This document shows, one piece after another, positions 1-11,144 of a DNA stretch of 44,333 bases (position 1 is the stretch's first letter; each line of letters begins with the position of its first letter). Made by a program: the position numbers and the translations under genes. This stretch comes from Mitosporidium daphniae (lineage: Eukaryota), in NCBI RefSeq assembly GCF_000760515.2, contig NW_013546500.1, forward strand, positions 1 to 44,333. The letters are read 5' to 3'. Under the pieces are notes generated by a model, which saw only the letters and a list, made by a program, of their open reading frames with translations, was not told the origin of the DNA and ran no database searches.

Positions 1-132
1 TTTACAAAAAAAAGCAATTGCATACGCGCATATCAAGTATTTGACCCGCTCTGGATTGACAGTCCATATGACGAAAAACCCGATCATCATGGGCAATGCC
101 GTTAGCAGAAGCTGAATACCTCTGCTTGCCAT
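1..132 (-). CDS. 5' end of a hypothetical membrane protein (runs off window start)
   Basis: ATG at 132 opens MASRGIQLLLTALPMMIGFFVIWTVNPERVKYLICA (hydrophobic stretch); AT-rich divergent spacer upstream. Confidence 0.4.
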   Translation of the reverse strand, partial: MASRGIQLLLTALPMMIGFFVIWTVNPERVKYLICAYAIAFFCK

Positions 133-209
133 TGCAATATTAAAACTTAAACCCTGCCACTCACAACCCCAATTTATGGTCTTTAATTTTGTAAATTTCC
201 TCAATCGAC

Positions 210-531
210 ATGCACCACCCATCCGTCATTGACAGGCTGCATTGCGATATGGATGTTTTGAAAGTAAAGTTTTATTCTATCGATTTGGTTCCAGACTCAT
301 CGGCCTCTTGTTGCGAGTATTTGTATCTACGTTTAGTTTCTATAAATCCATACAAACAAATCCTAGTCGCCTGCACAAGACCAGTGCAACCCAGAAAGAA
401 ATTTACAACAAACAAGCTCATGTTGACAGGGGTGATTTGCGTGGAATACCTTGCCCAAATAAATCCAGTTAATGAAAGTGATGAGGACTGATAGAGCGAA
501 AGTTGTGATGCAGGCCTTTTCAGATCGCTAA
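210..531 (+). CDS. hypothetical spliced gene, structure uncertain
   Basis: ATG 210 after an AT-rich spacer; candidate introns such as GTAAAG...TTCCAG (31 nt); no recognisable domain. Confidence 0.25.
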
Positions 532-857
532 TTCCAGCCACAACCAAGCCCTACATTAAGGCAACCATACAAACCCATTTGAAGAGAGGCGCCCAGAAGA
601 ATATCGTTTTCGGTCCTACGAACGTTACAGCCACCTGCCACAACTAACCTGCTGGGTGGTTCCAAAATTTCGAGAACGAGGCCGAAGACATCTGCAACAA
701 GCGCTAAAATGACCAATTAATAAAATTTACAACAATGTCAGCCCCTTTGGGTGGCCCAAATGCTTGTTTCATGGCACAAGTTGCCGCATCAATTGCATCA
801 TATTTAGATGGCGATTTATTAGGGTTTGAGTTGACCATCTTTTGGAGATTGCAATAT

Positions 858-1739
858 TTAGGCGTCTGCAAGTCTTATGCCCAATTGTCCACCAACGTCG
901 GCCATGGGTGTACTAAATACCAAAAGACGTCGCCCCTCTTCACAAGCAGTGGGCAGGTCATACCTCTCCACTGCTAGTTCAGATAGAATTTCATCATCAG
1001 GATATATACATTCCCATGTTTTGGATTTCTTATTGGATTTTCCTGACGAAGCGGTAGAAGCGGTCTTCACCACCAGGCAAAATGGATGTGGAAATCTTTT
1101 CTAAAAAAATGATTAGCAAAAGGTGAAGCTTACGTTTTCTTTTGAAAATAGCTCCAAAAGAGACGGTGTCAGCGATGGGGGGAAATTTAGGATAGAATGG
1201 CACTTTAGTACGAGTCGAGCAGATTTGCAGTGCCTTTTTAAAGTTTCTGGCAAGGCTTGAGCTGTCCCGATGAAGGCAATAGGTGCATTGTATTCCTGCT
1301 TGGGACTAGAACTAGCATCCGAATCCTCCGCATCAGAGTGAGAAACCAGCTTGATGGTTGATCCAGTAAATTCTCTCTCATTTGAGACAAGTGTATCTAC
1401 CAATCGAGAAATTTCCTTCGCCGAAATAGATAGCGGAGCAAGAAGATCGCTGATCATATTCAGAAGATACTGGCCGTCTGCAGGCTCAATATCAAAGAAC
1501 TCAAAATTGACATCAACCAGTGAGCGTTCAGAATCGCTTGATGCGTTAGAGTCGTCAGATGCATCCGAACTGCTACTGTCCAGATTCTTTGGACTTTGAA
1601 GATCTGAATTTGAGGTACCAGACGATGTGTCGCCATCTGAATATGAGGTACCAGACGATGTGTCGCCATCTGAATATGAGCTACTGTCTGAAGGCTCAGA
1701 ATCAGACTGATGCAGAGGGACTTTGGACCTTTTTTTCAT
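858..1739 (-). CDS. BCP1: BCP1/BCCIP family 60S biogenesis factor (uL14 chaperone), 1 intron (1101-1133)
   Basis: Acidic Ser-rich N-terminus then LVDVNFEFFD...LL motif; C-terminal YPDDEIL; 33-nt GTAAGC...TAG intron joins ORFs 1113-1739 and 858-1073. Confidence 0.85.
1611..1680. repeat. 33-nt tandem duplication in BCP1 (SYSDGDTSSGT x2)
   Basis: tgaggtaccagacgatgtgtcgccatctgaata exact copies at 1611 and 1644. Confidence 0.95.
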
Positions 1740-1763
1740 TTTTTAAAAGTTCAACGTTTTCAA

Positions 1764-2198
1764 ATGATTCAAACCCAAACCCTTCTTAAAGTTGCCGATA
1801 ATTCCGGGGCCGCTATTGTCAAATGCATAGGGATGCTCGGAAAGAATAGATCAGCTACAGTTGGGCGGGTCATTAGCGTTTCGATAAAAAAACTTGCCGA
1901 GTCCGGAAACGCTATTACTTCCGTCAAAGGGGCCGCTGTGTCCACCTCGGGAGGATCTCCCACTGCCCTTCTGAAGCAGGGTGATGTATATAGGGCACTT
2001 GTGGTTCGGACAAAAAAACCCGTCATGCGGCCAGATGGCCGACGCGTCTCGTTTGGAGATAATGCTGCAGTGCTTCTCAATAGAGACTTTACTCCCGTTG
2101 GCACAAGGATAAGGGGTCCAATTGCGGAGGAACTTAAGGCCGCTGGTGGTGGCACCGCCTGGGCTAAAATCCTTGCCCTTGCCCAGCGCGTAATTTAA
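1764..2198 (+). CDS. MRPL38: mitochondrial ribosomal protein uL14m
   Basis: MIQTQTLLKVADNSGA...RALVVRTKK...FGDNAAVLL...GTRIRGPIAEEL, bacterial-type L14; start at internal ATG 1764. Confidence 0.93.
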   Translation: MIQTQTLLKVADNSGAAIVKCIGMLGKNRSATVGRVISVSIKKLAESGNAITSVKGAAVSTSGGSPTALLKQGDVYRALVVRTKKPVMRPDGRRVSFGDNAAVLLNRDFTPVGTRIRGPIAEELKAAGGGTAWAKILALAQRVI

Positions 2199-2342
2199 CT
2201 GACCCATAAATCAACTTTTGTACCCAAAGATCGATCTCTATGCATGTACGGGCAAAATGGGACGTATTTCTAGAGGTGTGCACATGGATCGCTGCTTACT
2301 CGTATTTGCTATCCAAATACAGTAGTGGATTGGGAATACATT

Positions 2343-3338
2343 TTACTTGAGCGGGATATAGACATCTGCGGGCCGCTCTTGCGACTTGGGGCTAGGGAAG
2401 GTACAATCGCGACCGTTTTTGATTGCGGACGCCAAACTGGAAAGTACAAAGTCGACTGAGGCGATCGAATCGTCATTTGCCGGGATTGGATATGTGCATA
2501 AAGAGGCATCAAAGTTGGAGTCTATGATTCCAATGGTGGGAATGAGCACTGCATTGCACTCTTCAAACGCTTTTACATTTGTAGGGCCATCAACAACAAT
2601 CACGAGATCTGGGAGCGATACTTGTGAGGGCGTGCTGACATAGTTATTATAGGAAGAATTGCGGTGTAGTTGTTGCTCCTTGAACATGCCACTGGGCAGC
2701 TGGGAGAAGGAGCCGCTCTCCATGATGGAGCGCTGGGCCAATGGCCCGAGCTCTTCAGAAGGGCCTGGCGGCGTAAAAAGAACAGCGTCTGAACTTGTGG
2801 CCTCCTTTAGGGTACGCTTTGCATTTGTCAGCAGCCCGTTAGTCCACTCTCCAGAAATAAAGAAGATGTTCAAACTCCGCGCGATCTGCTCTACCAAATG
2901 TACATAAGTGGGTCGCGTCCCCACCAAAAGAATAATTCCGCCAAGCTTTGCAATTTCATACGCAACTTGGGCTGCTCGTCGCAACGCCGCAAGCGTTTTG
3001 TCGAGATCGATTATGACGATTCCATGGCGTACTCCAAGCGAATATTGCCTGAAATTTGGGGCCAGAGTTGCCTTTGAATGTCCCAAATGCATGCCTGCAT
3101 TCATCATTTGCTCAAGAGTGAGAAGTTGCACATCTTTCACAGGGGCCTCGCCAGAATTGCAAGCCAACGAGGAGGTAAGCGAGCCTGTTGAGGGCGTCAA
3201 ATCGGTACCTGAAATCTCAGACTCGATCGTGGAAAGAAAATTATTTCGCGTTTCTAAATACTTGATAGCTTTAAAGGAATTTGAGACCTGCATGGTGGAA
3301 AATGCGGATATTCTCCTACATGACCCTCGAAGCAACAT
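2343..3338 (-). CDS. MRP4: mitochondrial ribosomal protein uS2m
   Basis: AGMHLGH, GIVIIDLDKT, ILLVGTR, WTNGLLTN, PDLVIV, IPTIGIIDSN, YPIPANDDS; Arg-rich presequence. Confidence 0.93.
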   Translation of the reverse strand: MLLRGSCRRISAFSTMQVSNSFKAIKYLETRNNFLSTIESEISGTDLTPSTGSLTSSLACNSGEAPVKDVQLLTLEQMMNAGMHLGHSKATLAPNFRQYSLGVRHGIVIIDLDKTLAALRRAAQVAYEIAKLGGIILLVGTRPTYVHLVEQIARSLNIFFISGEWTNGLLTNAKRTLKEATSSDAVLFTPPGPSEELGPLAQRSIMESGSFSQLPSGMFKEQQLHRNSSYNNYVSTPSQVSLPDLVIVVDGPTNVKAFEECNAVLIPTIGIIDSNFDASLCTYPIPANDDSIASVDFVLSSLASAIKNGRDCTFPSPKSQERPADVYIPLK

Positions 3339-3601
3339 TTCAAAAGAAGGTAGCGGGTATTTTTAAATTTTATTTGAAACCCCCTGCTTTACCATTGACC
3401 CTGGCACTGGTGTTATAAAGGGGCTTCTTGCGCGTCTTTTTGTTCTCTGAAATTTTTAATTTTGAAAAGAGATTTTCCAAAGCAGCTAGAAGACTAAAAT
3501 AAGAAATCCAAAAGGCATCCAAAGATTGCGCTTTGGAGGGATCGTTATGCGGCCTTGAAGATCTCACCAACAAAGTACCGAGATTTGTTGATAACTCAGC
3601 T

Positions 3602-4042
3602 ATGCCTGCAAATAGGGGTGACGTAAAAGCCTGCGAAATCAATGCATTGCGTACTTTCTGTAATTTCTTTTGTGCGAGATATTTCGTACCGTGGTTTGGA
3701 CTTGATCGAAATCGGAGCAATACTTGCAAGGTGTTAAAGTTGAGATTTTCGAATGTTGGGCATAACGGTATGGTGATAAGGTCTGATCAAGCAAAAGATG
3801 TTCTGGGGAGCGGGGAAATCGTTTGTGCTTACAACGAGACCGTTGCAACACGCCACATACGCTGGCAGAAGTCAAAGGAGGGCTTGATGACCGAGGAATC
3901 ACCTAATGTTGCTTTTATGGCAGAGCTGTTAGATGGTTCCATCTTGCCCGAGATGATGAGGTCCGATTTTATCGAACCGTGCCAAAAAATCCACAAGCGA
4001 ATCGAAAAATTCGCACCATGGATCCCGAACCCCCTTCAATGA
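3602..4042 (+). CDS. hypothetical protein
   Basis: Longest open frame in the gap between MRP4 and ACSL; start uncertain; no motif recognised. Confidence 0.3.
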   Translation: MPANRGDVKACEINALRTFCNFFCARYFVPWFGLDRNRSNTCKVLKLRFSNVGHNGMVIRSDQAKDVLGSGEIVCAYNETVATRHIRWQKSKEGLMTEESPNVAFMAELLDGSILPEMMRSDFIEPCQKIHKRIEKFAPWIPNPLQ

Positions 4043-4346
4043 ATTTGCAGCTTACTGCTTTGCATCGCTCATGCAGCATAAAGTGAATTTTGTTTGCCAC
4101 AGAATTCATTCATGTGACATGTATGAGACATCTATTTCCGGCCAATCTCCTGACATGACAGGTTAAATGAACACACAATGCTGCGACAGGCCGAACAATA
4201 AAGTTTCTTGGAAAAACAAAGCCCAATGGCGACACTGATAGAATGCGATTCCAAGCTTTAAAGGGAACGCCACCCGGGATGCAAAAAGACGCCATTTCCT
4301 TGCAAATTCTTGCTTTGGCAGCCCACCGGGCATATAAACTTTATTA

Positions 4347-6741
4347 TTATAATGGCTCTTCCAGCCCGGCATAAAGGTGCTCAACATGCTCCTTGTATCG
4401 CTTCTCGGCTTCGAATCTTTTCAGCTTAAATGTTGTTGTAAGAAGGCCATTTTCGATTGAAAACGGCTCGATTTCGATGAAAACGGCTTTTGGAATCTCA
4501 AACCCCTTAAGGAGCTTCTGCGAGCGAGCAAACGAGTTAATTTCGCCTAAAATGTAGGCATTAAATGCATCGTTTTTGCATATCTCCTCAAATGGCAGCC
4601 TAGAGGACGCTCCCCATTTGAGAGCAAGCTCGCGATCTGGAACCACAATAGAAACGAGAGCAGAACGAAGGGAGTTTCCGGTAACAAAAATCTGCTCAAC
4701 AATCGGAGCTTGAAGCAAAAAATTCTCGATTTTTTCGGGGGCAACATACTCTCCTTGGGACAATTTAAAGATGCTAGGGGAAAGCCAAACGTCAAATTAC
4801 TTTTTCTTGCGGTCGATAATTCGCATTTGGAAGGTCTCTGTCCATTCACCAATGTCCCCCGTATGCACCCAGCCATCTGCATCGATGACTTCTGCGGTAC
4901 GCTCGGGATCCTTGTAGTAGGATAAAAAGGTTTGAGGGCCCCTCAAACAGATTTCTCCTCGTTGGCGTCGAGGATCATCAGAAGTGTATCCCATTTCGGG
5001 GACATCAACCAGCTTCACCTCGTTTGATGGAGTGGGAATTCCAACATGCCCGCTAGTAAAATCGTTTGATTCCGTCTAAGTAAACCTTATACCTAAATTA
5101 CCAAAAGCGAGGCGGCAGAAGTTTCCGTTTGGCCGTAGCCCTCGAAGATTGGGGCGGAGAACGCAATTTTCAAAAAGTCGATGACATCTGTAGATATGGG
5201 TGCAGATCCGGTAAGCATGGCCTAGCGTTAAAATGATAGCTTTGTGATACTTGAACTCCTCCGCCAAACTTTGCCCTGATTTTGGAGAAAATAAGCCAGC
5301 TAGTAAAATGTAAGACACGAAAAAGGGTACTCCCAAAGCCAATGCGTTACTTTGCCTTCCTTTAAAATTTTAAGCTTCGACTTGACAGCATACTTGGAAC
5401 CAGTGATAAATTGATGCCATCAAATACCTTAAAAAGAAATCGGGCAATAAAGCTCTTCTCCTTGACGCCAGAAAATATTTTCCCGTAAATCTTGTTGAAG
5501 AGACGCGGGACCGTGACAAATAACGTTGGCTTCAGGATGGCTTCAATAAAAAAACGAAAGCTCACCAATATCATCGAGAAGCTTGAGGGTATCGCCTCTG
5601 TAGAAGCCAATGCAGGCCCCAAATGTCATCAGCGTGGTAAAAACAACCCGCTCCAGAATATGGGCCAACGGCAGGTACGATATGTGCGTATTGTTCATGG
5701 TAATTTTAAAAACTAGTCTTAAAACATCCAAAAGTGTTACTCAAACCATTGACTGACATTAGACGAATTCCAGCCACAACAGAGATCATCGATGCATGTG
5801 TTAGGGTAACTCCTTTCTAATGTTCAATGCCAAATGTATGTTTACCGGAAGGCCCGTCGTTCCGCTTGTGTAACAAATTGTGTAAACATCGGTGGGGGCC
5901 GGTGGCCTGGCAGGAAAAACATTTTTTTCACCGATCTATGGAAAGCCCATTGACTGTACCTTTAGCAGGTCCTCAAACATAATTAGCTTAACTGGTGCGG
6001 TTAGCAAAATCGATTTACCTTGTAAAGCTTCAGCCTGGCGCTGCAAATTGGCATCAATTGGCTTGTTTGCTGTTTTCATCAAAACGATATTTTTGAGAGC
6101 AGGCATTTTGTCCTTGAAATCCAATAGAGAGGCCAGTTTATCATGAGTGGTAAAGATGCATTTGAGCCCCGTTTGGTTACAAATAAAAACGATGGCCTCA
6201 TGTCCAAGTGTATCATACAATGGAACTGTAACAAAGTTGACGCGATAGCAGGAATATTCGGCCGCGACCTAGAAATAAAGGAAAAGCAAGCGCAACCCAT
6301 TCGATTCGGTTTATAGAATACAGGCCAATGCATTCCCTTTCCAAAATTCCAATAGAAGATAAGGCGGACCTACATCTGTGTTACCCAATTAAAAGCATAC
6401 GAAATGTGCGTAATCATTTTATCAAACTCCGCATATGTGATCCAGGAATACGTGGTCAGTCCGGGATCAATTGTGCCCAAAAAATCGCGTTTTCCATTGT
6501 CTCTCGAGCTTTTAAGAAATGCCTCATAAATGGTGCTGATGTGGCAGTCGTATTTTGTCAGCAAGGGGCGATTTGCCACAAGTGGATGGCGACGCGGAAT
6601 GCCTTCTCCAGGCCGCTTTTCCACACCCGGTACAGGCAATGAGCGGATGGCAGATGAGGCCGCATGCGGATCGCTGCTGGGGGAGAGCTTGCTGGAGTTG
6701 GCCGCTGTGTGGGGCGCTGATGGTGAAGTGTTGATTGACAT
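4347..6741 (-). CDS. long-chain fatty acyl-CoA synthetase (FAA/ACSL), about 12 micro-introns
   Basis: Spliced frame gives [74 protein letters not shown]. Confidence 0.95.
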
Positions 6742-6872
6742 TTGGGGTATATTCTTAAATTTGCAAATCCAAATGACATCCATTAATCACAAGCCACTAC
6801 ATTGCACTTGCCAATTGAACGGGGACCTGATTTTACAAACCGAGACTTTAATTTGTAAATTCTGGGACAGCA

Positions 6873-7995
6873 ATGCCAGATGTTGTCGTAGATGAAAGTC
6901 CCTATAAGGGTCTCTATGTGCGGCTCATGTTTGCAGGCAGACAGTCTCTAACGGGCATCATCAATAATGTTGATTCAGACACCAAATCTATCACTCTGCA
7001 CTCGGGTATCAACGCCTTCCTTATTTGTAGTCTCCTCATTCAATGAGCACGGTGGCCTTATCGGCGAATTTAGCCAGCTTATCGCCAGGGGCTCAGATCT
7101 CGTTGACCTGGAGATCCTTGAGGTTACGGCAAACGAACACGATGATGCTAAAGTTGACGGTCTGTGTTCTTCGCAAAGCAAAATGGAAAAGATGGCCGAT
7201 GCTGCGCCGGAGATGAACCCGCACGCTTTTCCACTGTCCATACGGGAGCCCAGTTGTCAAATTGAATCTCACTCGCCTATTCAAAGTGGGGAAAGCATTT
7301 ACCTGAACAGAGATGGTGTCTCCTTGCCCTATTCTTCGCTTCCGGTGCTCCCGGAGTCGCTTCTCAATAGGATTTTACGATTCACAAGCATAAAGTTGGG
7401 TCCAAATTCTGTTCAGGTGCACGAAAATGCTGCTCGAAGCATTTTGGATCTTATTCGATCCCAATTTGACCTAAAATCGATCTCATGTGTTGCGCTTCAG
7501 GTTGATGTCTCCAGAAATGGCGCTATTGCACTTGCCACGGCAAGAATGCTCCTTAATCTTGGCGTTTCCACGGTGGTTGGTATATCGAGGCGTTTTCCTC
7601 TTGTAGATGAAAAGCACTTCAATTTCCAAGCGGATTTGGCAATAAAAAACGGATTCAAATGGACTACCGTCGCTTCGATCACCTCGCCAGACCTGGTCAT
7701 TACAGGGCTTTCAAACACCGACTTGCCGGCTCCGGAAATATTGAAAAATGTGCCTGCATCAAACATAATTTCCATAGGAATGCCCCTAAAGGCTTCCAAT
7801 CGAAATATTCATGTCGATTTGATCCTGCCCACTTCTCTTTCTATGGAGTATTCCAACCAAAGGCTTTACATTGTCGACATTGGAATCTCATCTCGAATCG
7901 TAAAAATGTATTTACAGAAATCTATACCCTCAATTCCGACCGGGCTTATTGATTTTTTGTTTGCGCAATCCTCCTTTATTCATCTTGCCAGATGA
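6873..7995 (+). CDS. EDC3: Edc3-like decapping enhancer (N-terminal LSm + C-terminal YjeF_N), 1 intron (7006-7030)
   Basis: Spliced N-terminus YKGLYVRL..LTGIINNVD..ITL...GSDLVDLEIL (LSm fold); ENAARS, NGAIALATARML, LYIVDIGI (YjeF_N). Confidence 0.8.
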
Positions 7996-8052
7996 TCGAT
8001 TTCATCAAATTGATCGCACCGGTATGGTTTCGATTGCCCACCAAATAAATAT

Positions 8053-8601
8053 TTACAAGTTTCTAGATCGTAAGGCCCCTGCTAAGCACTTTCTTGCCTC
8101 AAGCAAAATCTTAAGGGGCGGTCGGAGCCTGCCAAAAATTTCGATACAACACTCTGATGAGGAAGCTGTAGAAAAATCATTCAAAGATCCGAAAAAAGGC
8201 AATAGTGCTGATAATGGCGGTAAAGGAGACGGCCTTATTCCAAGCACAAGTGCATATCTAATGGACAGGCGAGAAATAACCTCCGAAATGCATGGGACAC
8301 CCACAACCAATGAGATGGGAATCATCTGGTCCTCCATTTGAATGCCCTTATTGCGAAGAACGAGGATTTTTTCCTCTTCGATTTTTGTTTTGTCCAGCCA
8401 GAAGAGGAGAACAGCAAAAGCGGTAAAGGTGGCCACTGCAACGACATAGCGGTAGATTAGCAATGACGAAAAGAGAGAAATAAATATCCAAAGAAAGCGG
8501 CAATAAGGATTGCTTCCTTTACGATATAGGCAAATTTCGGTAATATTTTCATTCCATTGGTGAATATACAGCTTGTACAAGCCATGCTCTGCTAAAAGCA
8601 T
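8053..8601 (-). CDS. GPI15: GPI-GlcNAc transferase subunit PIG-H/Gpi15
   Basis: Two TM helices, then EEKILVLRNKGIQ...IP...ISE...RYALVL...IFGRLRPPL pattern. Confidence 0.75.
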   Translation of the reverse strand: MLLAEHGLYKLYIHQWNENITEICLYRKGSNPYCRFLWIFISLFSSLLIYRYVVAVATFTAFAVLLFWLDKTKIEEEKILVLRNKGIQMEDQMIPISLVVGVPCISEVISRLSIRYALVLGIRPSPLPPLSALLPFFGSLNDFSTASSSECCIEIFGRLRPPLKILLEARKCLAGALRSRNL

Positions 8602-9476
8602 TTGGAGACTTTTTGATTGGATTTCAATTTTATCAACTGAAAAAACCAAATCCAATTTCAGCAATTTTGAAAATAATCAAAATATTTCGAATCCTCTCAG
8701 CAATTATTGTTGTTTGGTCCGCTATAAGGTGTGGTTTACCGACATGAAATACGACGGCTTACATTTCGCAGTTATTTTTACAAAATTGTTTTTCTCGTAC
8801 TTTTTACAAATCGCCTATGTAAGCGGCATTTTATCGGAAGTCCAAGTAATGAGTGGGTGATTAGGACGGCTTGTATCTTTAACTTGAAAAGTCGAGTTTG
8901 TTTAGAAGTGCTAAAAGACTCTGAATTTATAGATGCATGAGATGGCCACTTATGTTTTTATCTGTTGCAAAAGAGCTATCCTGCCAGATGGTGCATTCTA
9001 ACTCCAAAAGGCAAATTTAATTCAAAAGTTAGAATCTACTTTAAATGGCCAATCAATCAGAATCGGAGTTTATTGATCAAATGCATCTACAAATGCCCCA
9101 ATAGAAGCTTTATATAGCCAGAATGCAGTTCACAGTGTAATTTTCACGTCCAAAGACGAATAGAGTGCTGATAGGAGCGAAATTTACACACCCTAAAGTA
9201 GCGCTATTTTAAAATATCGGTTTTGAACATTGAAAGGAGGCTACAAGAAACTTTACCCCCGAAAGATGTTCAGAGCTCATTTGGAAGTGGATAAATCGGA
9301 TATTTTTCTCGATAACATGAAGGGATCAATTCAGCTAACATTTGGAAGTATTTCCTGAGGCCCAGTGCATGGATGGGAGATTATCATCCCATTAAAAGAT
9401 GTGCCGAAAAGACTAAAAATAAGCTCAGATTATTGCTTCCAAAATAGATCTGTATGAAATTATGTAAGCATTGGAG

Positions 9477-9870
9477 TTATTGACCGCCAAGTGGGTCTTT
9501 TTCTTCGATACCTTTACCTGCCATTTTACCGGCTTCACTTTGTTGCCTTGTTGCTTCAGTTCCGACTTTTTCCGAGTCAGCATAGGCTTTATAGACTTTA
9601 TTTCTCGACATGTCTTCATTTCTGAATCTGACAGCTTTAAAATTTTTGCCAACTTTTTCGGCATTATTAAGGACAGTCCCGGTTTTATTTCAGAATTTCA
9701 GTTGATCGGCTTTGAGCGCAGGTGCTCCAACTTTCAGCTTAGACGCTTCAGTTATGAGTTCTGCTTTTTCATATCCAAGCGCAGCAAGCTGCTTCAAAGA
9801 CCTGCTGGCATTCTATATGCCACTTTGCATACGCAATGTTGCATCAAAGAAAAATGCCGAATTGGATCAT
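9477..9870 (-). pseudogene. decayed ORF fragments of unknown protein
   Basis: Protein-like frames (LKQLAALGYEKAELITEASKLKVG; NAEKVGKNF...DSEKVGTEATRQ) broken by stops and frameshifts in a 2-kb gene-poor island. Confidence 0.3.
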
Positions 9871-10637
9871 TAAGAACGTGCCCTGTTAAATTGAAAAAGC
9901 GCAAGCACAGAAGTGCCCTATTTGTGCGCCACACTGGCCAGGTAATCAGTTACATTCAAAATGGCTAAAATGGAGGTTTACCAGTCTAGCAAAAGCATAA
10001 TTTATTGCTGCTCTGACCAATTAACTCGGAAATGATCGGTGCAAGATAACTCCGCCTGACGTTCGAATAAAGCGAGGCTCTATCAACAGTACACATTCAG
10101 ATTTCGGATCTTTTTGGTCATATTTTGCAAGAAATGTCTTTCTATGTTTGATTGAGTGAATTGTATCCCGATCAGGGTCTGTATCTAGCGCCATCTAATG
10201 GGACACTCTTAATTTGACTTATCAGCATCATTATTAATATAAATGCAATTGAAGGGCCAGCAGGGAAATATATTAAAGCAACCACCAATACTATTCTATT
10301 GTGCATTATCGCCCCTGTGCCAATTCGATTTGGTCGAATACGCGTCGAGTCATGTGACCTGTGTGCTGATATTTCGTATTCTCGGCTTTTTACACAATGA
10401 CTTTCTGGCTCTGGATCTAGCCCGTGGTCTTTATAAGCGATGCACAGCTAAATAAATGTAGCTTGGCTATTTACAAACGGCTTTGTCAAAGTCAAGGACA
10501 TTTCTACAGACAAAATGGATCAAATCAAACTGAAAGATAGAACGAGACGCGAACCGAAATCTAAGATGGGCAATTAATTGCACTTGAAGTTTAAATTAGT
10601 CAAATGGGTTAGCTTTGAATTAAAATTAAAATTTTCA

Positions 10638-10932
10638 ATGCCTGCACTCGTGTTCCGGAGTCGTCATCCTTTCCGCTTAATGCGCATGAAGTCTTCTACC
10701 GCCAGCAAGGAGGGATTTAGAGCCGAAAAAGACGTTAAAGAAGAATCTTTACAGCAAGATTCAGCATCACCTTCAAATACATGCACTGTTGAGGAAAAAG
10801 CACAACGTATGGGTATGTTTTCGTATATCTTTTCTAGTTACCGAAGTCTTTTTGCAAAAAGACACCGAGGAGGTAATGGAGGCCGTTAGAGATATGCGCC
10901 GTAGTGTTAATTCTGCAGTTGTCGAGCGGTAG
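10638..10932 (+). CDS. small hypothetical protein with mitochondrial-type presequence, 1 intron
   Basis: taaaattttcaATG context; MPALVFRSRHPFRLMRMKSS is Arg/Ser-rich with no acidic residues; 25-nt GTATGT...TTCTAG intron. Confidence 0.55.
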
Positions 10933-11144
10933 CCCAGGTGTTTGCTGTTTACCGGCCTTTGGATTTGCAATTGAATTTTATTTTATGAATATAACATGGC
11001 AGCTCTTTACCACCCACCCATCTAGCTACCTACTTGTCTTCGATTTGCAGTATTTTAAGCGTTTCCGAGCAAATTTTATTATCGAAATGAGAAATCGATT
11101 TCCTTGGTCGGGATAGCGATTAACTGTACCCTTTGGGTAGCCAT

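Noticed and set aside
390..715. Homeodomain-like words (PRKKFTT, NPF, WFQN)
   Set aside because: They fall in different frames with wrong spacing, and no Arg follows WFQN
1764..3338. Adjacent intronless bacterial-type uL14 and uS2 as a bacterial or mtDNA insertion
   Set aside because: Convergent rather than operonic, uS2 has a presequence, and composition matches the neighbours: ordinary nuclear mitoribosomal genes
4398..4410. ATCGCTTCTCGGC matches the 5' end of U2 snRNA
   Set aside because: Lies antisense within the last ACSL exon; no GTAGTA branch-pairing motif or Sm site follows
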